DNA of 63,063 nucleotides, counting the filler, from Hyphochytrium catenoides (lineage: Eukaryota; Protista; Hyphochytriomycota), in assembly GCA_900088475.1 (NCBI GenBank). It is 9 parts of 9 records of this genome, joined end to end, with 100 filler letters (N's around TTAATTAATTAA, not from the genome) between each part and the next. Parts side by side here need not be neighbours in the genome. Positions count along the whole stretch, not along the records: positions 1 to 20,481 come from FLMG01001188.1; 8 more parts are not named here. One strand, written 5' to 3'. Shown piece after piece: positions 1 through 9,671 of the stretch (within the stretch, counting starts at the first letter, position 1; each line of letters begins with the position of its first letter). Under the pieces are notes generated by a model. It was not told the origin of the DNA, ran no database searches, and worked only from the letters and a program-made list of their open reading frames with translations. Made by a program: the position numbers and the translations under genes.

Positions 1-283
1 TTCCTTCGCTCCCTCCCTCTGCAGCCTAGTCTCTTCTTGCTTGGCAATCCTGCTGTGTAACCTCATCATCCAGCGCCTTCCAGACCGTTCAGGGCTTGGC
101 TACTCTCTAAAGCAAACCAGGACTTTCCGGCTACATCTTGGAGGCTTCCTTCGCTCCCTCCCCCTACAGCCTGGTCTCTTCTTGCTTGGCAATCCTGCTG
201 TGTAACCTCATCATCCAGCGCCTTCCAGACCGTTCAGGGCTTGGCTACTTTCTAAAGCAAACCAGGACTTTCCGGCTACATCT
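1..283. repeat. 145-bp-period direct tandem duplication (first copy may be truncated by the window edge)
   Basis: 1-138 (ttccttcgctccc...ggctacatct) recurs at 146-283 with only a few substitutions. The period is not a multiple of 3. Confidence 0.9.
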
Positions 284-359
284 GTTTCTCTCTCCTTGCT
301 CAGAGTCACCGTATCATCAACAGTCATCCTGAGCGCTTGGAGGGCGTCGATAATCAAGA

Positions 360-1685
360 ATGGCTGAAGAAGAGGCAATCCCGGTAAAATGCGTTGCTTC
401 GCTCCCTGGTCTCAGCCAACTTTCTCCATTTATGTCCCGATCCCTTATTCAGCTGTCCTCTCTCTCTCGATGTCTGTCTTCTGCTTTACATCCCTACTAC
501 TGCCTCTCTTTTCTATCGCGATATCTGTCTCTCACTGCTGTTTCTGACAGTACAAGGTGGAGTACACCGATGAACCTCAGGAGGAGCTGAACTGGCTGAA
601 GAGGGCAGGAAATGTGATCATTTCCTATCCAAACGGTGCCAAGTTCACTGGCTACGTTGATGACGCCAAAAGGAAGCATGGCACAGGCTCGCTGGTCTAT
701 TATAGCACTGAGGACCCAGGTATGCAGAGAAGAGTACGGAATGAGAGAGTAGGAAAAAGGAGTGACAGGAAGCGCAAGAGAGTGAGACGCATCAGGCACA
801 AAGTGGCTTACAGAAAGAGAGCGCGCGAGAGAGAGAGAGAGAGAGAGAAATATAGAGAAGAAGGCGGAGTGGGTGATTAGTTCCGATAGCAATTAATCAC
901 TGCTGAGCTGTCCTGGCGACTCCTAAACCTCTTGCTGTCCTCTCCTGTCATATCCAGAGGCAGAGAAGGCGCGCTACGACGGAGAGTTCAAGGATGGGAA
1001 ATTCCACGGGACAGGGAAGATGAAGTATCCTAATGGAGATGTTTACCACGGTAAAGAGCTTTCCTGGTTTCGTCTACGTAGGATCAGCACCTTGGGTTTG
1101 GCGCCAGTGCCCGTGGCGTATAAGTCTTTATCGCATTCTTCCTCTCCCTCCTGACTGATGGCTCAGTCCACCGATCCTTCTGCTAACGTCTCCTTTCTCT
1201 CTTGCCTCACCTCTCGATGTTGATGCTTTCACTTCCTATCTGTCTGCCATAACAACTTTGCGTTTGGTCAATCCTTTTTCTCACGCCGCGTGGCCCCGAT
1301 GTTGCTTGGTCTCTCCTGTCTCACAGGCCAATGGGTAGGAGGCCGGAGAGAAGGAGAAGGCTCCTTTATCTATGCCAATGGAGACATCTACAGCGGCAGT
1401 TGGACCGACAATGTCAAGTCTGGAGAGGGAACCTATGAATATGCTGCTGACAAGAGTAAACTGACTGGGAAATGGCTCTACGGTGCCTTCCAAGAAGGAA
1501 AATGGTTTTTTGCGGACGGCAGCTCTTACACAGGAAGGTTTGAAGGTGGTCTACCGATAGGAGTGGGAGTGCACCAGTTTGCTCATGGCTGCAAGCAGGA
1601 AGGGAAGTACGTAGCTGCTTCGGGAGGAGAGGGAGAGAGACTCAGCAAATGGGAAGGTGAGACGTTGAAACTGATGAGAGCTTGA
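360..1685 (+). CDS. RSPH1: MORN-repeat radial spoke head protein (RSPH1/RSP10-like), 4 exons
   Basis: GT-AG exons 360-383, 551-719, 958-1050 and 1327-1685 join in frame: MAEEEAIP|YKVEY...YPNGAKFTGYVDDAKRKHGTG...|EAEKARYDGEFKDGKFHGTGKMKYPNGDVYH|GQWVGGRREGEGSFIYANGDIYSGSW...GKWFFADGSSYTGRF...GCKQEGKY. It has several MORN repeats and an RSP10/RSPH1-like C-terminal pattern. Confidence 0.82.
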
Positions 1686-3098
1686 GAGGAAATATAGCAG
1701 GAGACAGACTTTGAGGTGTAGCGACCACAAGACGTAGGAAGAAAGACGAGGTAGTTCTTAATCTCTCGCGGACTGACGGAGGACCGACACGCAGACTTCA
1801 TCAACCTGCGTTCGTCGGATAGGAGTAGCGCAGTGTTGCGTAGGAGGAAGTAAACGGGAGAGGAGGCTGCCTAGTGACTTAAAGAAAATGAATAAACTAG
1901 CCGAGCATTTTGGAAGAACGAAGGTGGGTCTTCCCATCGGCATTTACTCTTCTGAATCACCAGCGGCGGTTCTTAGACCACCAGCGGTTGCATGGCTATG
2001 CATGTTTGGATGGACTATCTATTGGTTGTGCCGCTGGCGCTGCTGGCCGAGGGGGTGATGAGTCACCAAGCCAACACAGAGGAGACGACCAAATTTCCCA
2101 TTCCAGCTTTCTAGCAATCTCTTCCTGAAATATCTATTGTTCTAAGGCACCATTCTTTGACTCCTAAGAATGATTTAAAGTTACCTTGCTCTCAGTAAAA
2201 GAACAGGTCCACGCAAGGTAGAGGATCTAAGAGAGGGGCCTAAGGGGTAAAGATCCAGCGTAGGTCACAGTGAGCTTCGAAGGCGATGGCTTTTCTTTTA
2301 AAGAAGAAAGATAAGATAACTTCTTCATCTCACCGACAGACGCATCAGTCAACCATCATGTCCCCATGTCATCTACAATCAACAATAGAATAAGTCATTC
2401 AAGACAAGGGTAAATCAGATACACAAGCTCCTTCTCACGTTCCACAGATAGCATATCGAGGATGATCGGTCTGATGAAGATATTCGCACCCAAACCCAGA
2501 ACGCGACAGCAGCAAGGCCAAGAGCTCCTCGCTCTCACCAGCAAACCGCCAAAACCTCCACAAGTTCCCTCAAGGCCAAGCCAAGCTGCTTTGGTAGACC
2601 GCATATCACAGTTTAGACAAGGAGTCAAACCCTTCTCAGAAGCCAACAGGGCTTATGATCCAGATCTAGGTTCTAAAGGATGTGAGATCCCAGACGTGCG
2701 TCAGAGCTGTCATCAAGCACAAGCCCTTCCCTTCCACGGAAGATCGGAGGAAGATGCGCTCCCAGGCAACAGCTCATACATGGTAAGGGTTACAGGGCGG
2801 CAGCAGATGATGATGAGCGGCCGATGATGAGATGAGAAACTCATTCTCCTCATCTACGGAAAAAGCTCCGGGGGGCTGACTGTGTGTTGTGTAGCAAGTA
2901 CAAAAACTAGAGTAAGTATCTCAGCTGCAAGTAGTTCTACTGTACTTTTATTTAGTTACTTTTATTTAGTTACTGTACTGAATAAACAAGTAAATAGTGT
3001 GTGTGAAGTGTGGATGGATCTTGTGGGGATGAGAGTGAGGTGGTGGCTTTTTGGACGGAACATAATGTATGGGAAAGGGTGTAAGAAGGAGGCTAGGA

Positions 3099-3238
3099 TA
3101 CAAGTTAATATACTTGGAACTTGAGTACTTGAATGCTTTTCGGTGTTCGTTCTTTATTCATAGGAACACCCTAGTTCCCTTTGTACAAGTAGAGATACTT
3201 GGAACTTACAACTTGAATGCTGTCGTTTGTTCGTTTTT
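3099..3238. repeat. Imperfect direct repeat, about 55 bp, period about 85 bp, in an AT-richer segment
   Basis: tacaagt...atacttggaactt....acttgaatgct.t..gt..gttcgtt at 3099 and again at 3184. Confidence 0.6.
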
Positions 3239-3917
3239 CCTCACATCAGTCCGCGGTAGGCGCAAGGGCAGGTGAGCGCGAGGGCAACAGCTTCTCTTCC
3301 CTCGACAGCAGCAGCAACCAGGCAGCTTCTCCATTCTCCATAGACAGAGTTTGGGCTTTGTTCCTCTTCTCTCTTCATTCTCTCTGCGCTGGTTGTTGGA
3401 GAGCTTCGTCACATCAGGGCTTGTTCTCTCCTCCTCCATCCTGTCGTCTGGGCTTGATAAGAGACAAGGAGGAGCAGTGGCAGGGACTGATACAGGGCCC
3501 TAGACCAGATGCCATTGTTCTTCTTCCAAGCGGGACTTTGTACCTAGAAGAGCGCGAGGGCCATGGACGTCATCATCCTGGATCCTTGGCAGAATGATGG
3601 AGAGAGGGGTTGAGAGAGAGAACTTGGAAGGAATTGATGATGCTTTGCAGCCAGGAAGATTTTAACGTTGCTGCCGCGGGCGGGGGTTGAATTGGAGTTC
3701 GCATCGTCCTGCAGCTCTCCTCCTGCTGCGGCCTGGAGCTTGACCTTTCCAAGTGCAGCTCCGCCTTTAGCGAATGCGCCCGTCATTCAGAGAAAAGCAG
3801 CCTAGTCGACAAGAAGTAATAACTCATCGATTGGTCATCAAAAAGTTTAACATAAAGAGAGCATACCCATCACACAGCAGCAGTTAAGAAAGAAGATCTC
3901 AACCCAGCCATCTAACA

Positions 3918-4670
3918 ATGCCAGCTAACAAGAAAGTCCTCATCATCCTGTCCGATGCACACTCATTCCAAGTGCGCAAAGGAGAAGATCAAACAGTTCA
4001 ACAGCCGACGGGCTTTTTCCTTATGGAACTAGCCAAACCTCTATCTAAACTTCTCGAAGCTGGATATGAAGTCACCTTTGCCTCGCCAGAAGGTAAGACG
4101 CCACAACCGGATCCCAACAGCGAGACTCTCCTGGCATTTGTCGGCAACTTCTACGAGCGCAGACGTGAGAATGCTCTGCTTGATCGCATGCGCCGGGAGA
4201 ACGGATTCGACCATCCAAGACCATTCTCCTCCATCTCTGACGATGAGCTCAGAACCTACAGTGGAGTCTTCATCCCTGGAGGCCATGCGCCTCTGACAGA
4301 TCTGGGAGATAACCCAGAGCTTGGCCGGATCTTGAGTCACTTCCACGCCCAACAAAAGCCCACAGCGGTGATCTGTCATGGTCCTTATGCCCTCCTGTCT
4401 ACGAAGTATGGACCTGACCGGAACTTTGCTTACAAGGGCTACAAGATCACAAGCTGGTCTGATGCCGAGGAGAAGGTGATGGAGACTCTGTTGTGGGGCG
4501 AGATCGAGAAGGTCGAGAGCCGTTTGAGAGAGAACGGCGCGGAGATGGTGGAGGGGGTAAGGGAGAAGGTCGGGGGGATCACTGTCGACAGAGAGGTCGT
4601 GAGCGGCGCTAACCCGTTAGCTGCGGCGTCACTGGGTGACAAATTTGTGGAAATGCTGGCTGCTCAGTAA
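3918..4670 (+). CDS. DJ-1/PfpI (Hsp31/glyoxalase III-like) protein, intronless
   Basis: Clean 250-aa ORF with KKVLIILS, TGFFLMEL (conserved Glu), VTFASPEG, FIPGGHAPL, AVICHGP (nucleophile Cys-His) and VVSGANP, all DJ-1/PfpI superfamily motifs. Confidence 0.93.
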   Translation: MPANKKVLIILSDAHSFQVRKGEDQTVQQPTGFFLMELAKPLSKLLEAGYEVTFASPEGKTPQPDPNSETLLAFVGNFYERRRENALLDRMRRENGFDHPRPFSSISDDELRTYSGVFIPGGHAPLTDLGDNPELGRILSHFHAQQKPTAVICHGPYALLSTKYGPDRNFAYKGYKITSWSDAEEKVMETLLWGEIEKVESRLRENGAEMVEGVREKVGGITVDREVVSGANPLAAASLGDKFVEMLAAQ

Positions 4671-5389
4671 GGAGAGCACTAGAGAATAGAGAAGAGAAGA
4701 GATACGTTGTTGCCCTGCCTCTGTTAGAGGAGCAGCTGCGAGGGATCAGTTTATTTGGCAAACACGCTAACAAGGAAGAATAGATAATAAAAGCTGGAAG
4801 GTAAATGGTAGATACGATTGATGGACGCAGCTTTCTGTGCTCTCCTGCTTCCTACGTGTTTCTTGTTTGTCAAGCTTTCTGGTTCCGGGAGAAACAACGT
4901 AGATTCTGACGTCTGAGGTCCCATAGATAGTGGCTCCAGTTTAGTCGGTTCAGCTCTGGTGCTGAAGCTCCTTCCAGATCCTCCCTGCAGCAGGAGGACT
5001 CCGCAGTGTGTGTGCGCCATAGGTCATGACTCTTATGATGTCCGTAGCTCCAGCCAAAGATCTCATGTCAGAGCGGAAGAGTCCGACCTAAGTAGCTGCG
5101 CCTCAGGGCTGACAATGTCTGTTATAATGTATGGTTTATCTTCTTAGGATAGGTCCACCAGAGGGGAGAGAGGAAGGCTTTGCCCTGAGAAGAAGTAATC
5201 TTTTGCTCTATTTCCTTAGATCTTTGGGGAGAGAAGGAAGTGAGGAGTTAGGAAATAGAGAAAAAATGACATGAGGGGAGAGAGGGAAGTGAAGAGTGAG
5301 CGCCATGATAGTGAGAAGGAAGGGAGATGTCAAGAGACAACAGAAGATAGTCGATGGGTCTTCAGTTGCCTGGTCTCCCCGAAGTCAGT

Positions 5390-6443
5390 TCAGGAAGGTG
5401 GGATCTTCCCCGCAGATGACGCGAAAGGCGACTTTCCTGTGGCTGAATAGATATAACAAGGGACATGGAAGAGAGTCAGGACGTGGAGAATGGACCGCTA
5501 GTAGAAAAGAGAACGAACGGAAGAGGTGCAGAGAGTAAAACGAAGCCAAAGCGAACAGTGATGGAGAGAAAGAGACTGTAAGAGAGCGAGAGAAAAGAGG
5601 GACAGGGAAGGGGAAAAGAAAGCGAAGAGAGCGAGAGAAAGAAAGAGACACAGAAGAAGAGAGCGAGAAAGAGAGAGAGAGAGGCTGAAGAGCGACAAGA
5701 TATAAGTCACGGGAGCTAGCGGGTAAGCACTGGAAGAGGTCAGAAGAAGAGAATACGGGACAAGAAGGGTCTTCTATCTTGCCTTCCACATATGTACTTG
5801 CATAGCGAGTGATGTCACAGCTGATCGGGGAAAAAGGAACAGGAGAGAAAAGACGTTATAGACTGTGATGAAGAGAGTTGGAACCAGAGACGGAGAAACA
5901 CTTAAGCGTCGAGGGAGAAAGTAAAGGGACTAATTGATGCCTGTATAGTATGTCATGAGAGGAGAGGCCAAAGAGAGAAAAGGTAGAGACCGAGACGGGG
6001 CGAGCGAGAGAGAGACAGAGAGAGAAAGAGTGAGAGACACAGAGAGACAAAGAGAGAAAGAGAGAGAGCAAGAGAAGAGAGAGCGAGAGATGTGGGGAGA
6101 GAGAGAGAGAGAGAGAGAGAGAGGGGAAAGAGAGACATCGAATGATAAAGTAACATATGGAGAGCGGAATAAAAACAGAAGGAGGAAAAAAAGGAGCCCG
6201 GCGTAGAGCGGCATTACCTGCCCTTAGGATGCTGATGCGTAGCGTTGAACGTTTTCCTTTGGGAGGTTCTGCTCCTCTCTTCCAGCCATCTTTGGGCAGG
6301 AAAGCGAGGAGAGGATGTCAGTTAGTGTCTTCAGGTTATAGTGGAGGTGAAGAGAGGAGACAAAATATCCACACAAGATAAAGGACTNNNNNNNNNNNNN
6401 NCTCTCTCTCTCCCCTCTCTTTCTCTCTTTCTCCTTCACTCTC

Positions 6444-6478
<35 letters not shown>

Positions 6479-7728
6479 TCCTCTCTCGTCCTCTCTCTAT
6501 CTCCCCATCTCTCGTCCTCTCTGTGTGTCTCTTCTGCCTCTTAGCTCCCTTCCTATCATCAGAAATATCGTAACGGACCCAATCTCTTGCGCCGAAGTCA
6601 AGGGCATGTCAGGCTTGCTCCGGGCAACCTTAAGCTTAACCTCTCCAGCGTCTCCATCACCTACGGGCCAGAAGGGGTAGCCGATAAAGAGCAGACCAGA
6701 TGGGAAAAAGGGAGAGAGAAAAGAGAGAGAGAGAGAGTTATTACACCTCACTAATAGATAATTAAGAAACAGAAAGAGCAGGGTGTTTTCAGTCATACCG
6801 TCTGAGGATGTTGGGGCAGCGTTCTCTGCGTGCTGGAAGTATTGAAAAGGATTGTGCTTGGTCGGCTTATCCGCCAGACATTCAGCTGCAATCATGCGAG
6901 ACGTAAGAAGAGAGAGGAAAAGAGACAGAGTGGAAGATGGGTAAGGGGAGGGTAAGAAGGTGACAAGAGACAGGGTTAAAGGAGAGAGGATGAGAAAGAC
7001 CGGAAGAGACAAACAAAGAGAGAGAAGGAGAGAGAGGGTGAAGAGGGGAGAAAAGAGAGAGAGGAGGAGAGAGAGGCAGAAAGAGAAGAGAGAGAGACAG
7101 AGACAGAGCAAGCGGGAAAGACGGAAGGAAGCAAGATAGAGAGACGACAACGCACAAAGCATACGAGTGAAGGAAGTAAGAACAGGGAAAGAAAGATGGG
7201 AAGAGATAAACTGTTGGACAAAGGGATAGTCACGCTTTCTCTCTAGCAGAGGATGACAGACTTGCTGTGCGGCTGGGTTGGAAGGGCGTGGGAGTTACTG
7301 CTATCTTCGTCTCCTTCTTCAACTGTTCCCTCCAGANNNNNNNNNNNNNNNNNNNNNNNNNNNNNNNNNNNNNNNNNNNNNNNNNNNNNNNNNNNNNNNN
7401 NNNNNNNNNNNNAGAGAGGAACGACGAGGGTGAGGTAGCGAGCGAGAGAGAACCAAACCGTGCGAAGGAAAAGAGAGGGGAACAGAGGGAGGTGAAAGGA
7501 CTAAAAAGAGATCTTATGAGAAAGAGATAAGAACGAGGCAGAGAGTTGAAAGAGAAAGAAGGGGACTCATCAGACGTAAACGGAGAGAGTGAGATCAGCA
7601 GAAAAGAGGAGTTGGAGGGAGTGCGATCAGCAGGAAGAAGAGACAGCTAGGACCAGAAGCGAAGTAAAGGAGATCACCTGATCTTCAGCATTCTTCTTTC
7701 TCTCGCCACCAGCCGCAGCAGCAGACAT
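5390..7728 (-). CDS. CFAP144: CFAP144/FAM183-family ciliary microtubule inner protein, 7 exons (exon 2 starts in an N gap)
   Basis: Exons 7728-7678, (gap)7337-7262, 6885-6799, 6660-6579, 6289-6218, 5820-5783 and 5442-5390 join to MSAAAAGGERKKNAEDQ..WREQLKKETK...ECLADKPTK...PLTSAQEIGWLEE...HQHPKGSCDITRYASTYVEATGKSPF. This matches FAM183 motifs (WRE..KE, P.T..QEIGW, HP...DIT.Y). The ORF track misses it. Confidence 0.78.
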
Positions 7729-7736
7729 CCTATATT

Positions 7737-7775
<39 letters not shown>

Positions 7776-8189
7776 TCTGGACTGCGGAGAGACGGAAAAG
7801 AGCAAGAAGATCCGTTGGGGACAGCAGCAGGATAGCCTGAAGAAAAAAAAGAAGAGGGAGTTTGACCTTCGAACTGCGGCTTCGGGAATAAGAACTCACG
7901 GACCGCAAGTGGCGAGACGGGCGGGCGTCGGCTTGTCAGAGAGCAGAGAAGCTAGAGGGGACACAGGAGAGAGGTTAGGGAGAGAAGGAGAGAGAGAAGC
8001 AAGGAGAAGAAGAGAGGAGAAGAGAGAGAGAGAGAGAGACACATAAGGGTGCCATAATGCCATAATAGTAGCGAGAGACAGGAAGACGTAGATGACTATG
8101 ACCTCAAGAGAAGCCTAAGACCCTCATCATTAGCGCTGCGTAAAGCAGGAGGAGTGAGGCACTAGCGAAGGGGAGGACGGAGAAAGCCA

Positions 8190-8302
8190 GCGTCTGAGGA
8201 AAGAGAGGGAGAGAAGAGAGGAGAAGAATGGAAGAAAGAGATTGAGAGAAAAAAAAGAGAGAGAGAGTGAGAGAGAGAGAAAGGGAGAGAGCAAGAAAGA
8301 GA

Positions 8303-8335
<33 letters not shown>

Positions 8336-8370
8336 TGAGAGAGAGAGAAAGGGAGAGAGCAAGAAAGAGA

Positions 8371-8408
<38 letters not shown>

Positions 8409-8421
8409 AAGAGAGAGAGAG
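8190..8421. repeat. Long imperfect (GA)n microsatellite
   Basis: About 230 nt of almost pure G/A. Similar tracts occur at about 5960-6135, 22026-22390, 22910-23030, 23270-23720, 48460-48680, 49100-49310, 55660-55720 and 56705-56860. Confidence 0.9.
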
Positions 8422-9014
8422 CTCGTAGGTAGAATGGGGGTTACATCCTTTCTCTATCCCAGAAATAGCCGCTTTTCTATTTTGTAACGACCTGAGACTG
8501 TCGCTTTTCTTCTAGAGACTGAAAGTAATCGGGGCTAATCTTTAAGGTTTATTGTAGCAGCGTTTATACCACTGCACTGGACCATATATGCGTCCGACTT
8601 ATTACGTATAATGGTCAATGTAACGTGAACGACGCATCCCGGTTGGCTGTATCATAAACAGAGCGATCCTCTCGTCGCAGGGGAGCTCTGGAAGGTGAAA
8701 CGGAAAAGAGCAGCTGTTCGGGTCGGAGTCTCTCTCTTCTCATCTCTCTCTCTCCCTCTCTTTCTTGCTCTCTCTCTCTCTCTCTCAACTCTCTCTTTCA
8801 CTATCTCTCCTCCCCTCTTTTCTCTGCTCTCTCTCCTGCCTCTCTCCGTCTCTGTCTGTCTCTCTTTCTCCATAGAGACCGTTAACAGTCGCACACACGA
8901 ACCGTTCCAAGAACACCGTCTTGGGCATCGGCAAACGACAGCGGAAGAGATAGCTACCCTCCAAGAACTATGAGCAAGAGGAGAGACAGAGGGAGGCGAC
9001 AGAGAGAGAAAGAA

Positions 9015-9049
<35 letters not shown>

Positions 9050-9250
9050 AAGAAGAAACCCTGCCAGTCGAGGATGATAACTCTGCTACTTACTAGAACG
9101 CGGACTGGGTGACGCTGTCTCTCCTTAAGTTGAAAGCCAAAGCAGAAGACAAGCTTGTTCCTCTGATCCTGCTAGGAGAGGCTACGGAAGAAAGAGAAAG
9201 ACACCTTCACTTCAAAGAAACTGCAAAAAGCTTAAACTCAATCTGCGCTC

Positions 9251-9293
<43 letters not shown>

Positions 9294-9671
9294 TCTCTCT
9301 CTCTTCCTGGAAGAGTGTGAGGCTTAAGAGAAAGGGAGACAAAAGGACCCGCCTCATAACTTCATTCTCCTCATCTTCGCTTCGGAGATGTGCCTATTAG
9401 AAACGAAGAGAAGAGAGAAGGTGCAGGATGTCTGAAGACGGGAATCGGAAGCCAATGATCTTCATCTCTTTCTCTCTCTTGGGCGACTCTAACGTTGACT
9501 GTTTCCCTGGAGAAGAGGGAGAAGAGGAGTTACGGGCTGATGCTATAGAAGTGGCCTTGTATTGGCCCACGCAGGCTACCATCTCAGCGGAAAGAGTGTG
9601 CTGACAGTAGCCTTTTCCCTCCCTCTCTCTCACACTCTCTCTCTCTCTCTCTTTCTCTCTCTCTGCCCTCC

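Noticed and set aside
2453-2827. 121-aa ORF as a gene
   Set aside because: No recognisable domain or splice support. It cannot be supported from sequence alone.
6661-6700. GYPFWP as a PWWP domain
   Set aside because: It falls in the intron 6798-6661 of the CFAP144 model, with no surrounding PWWP fold.
5385-8973. Many ORFs rich in SLSLSL or RERERE (also around 22000-24000, 48000-49900 and 52700-57000)
   Set aside because: They are translations of GA/CT microsatellites, which lack stop codons. They lie in introns or intergenic DNA.
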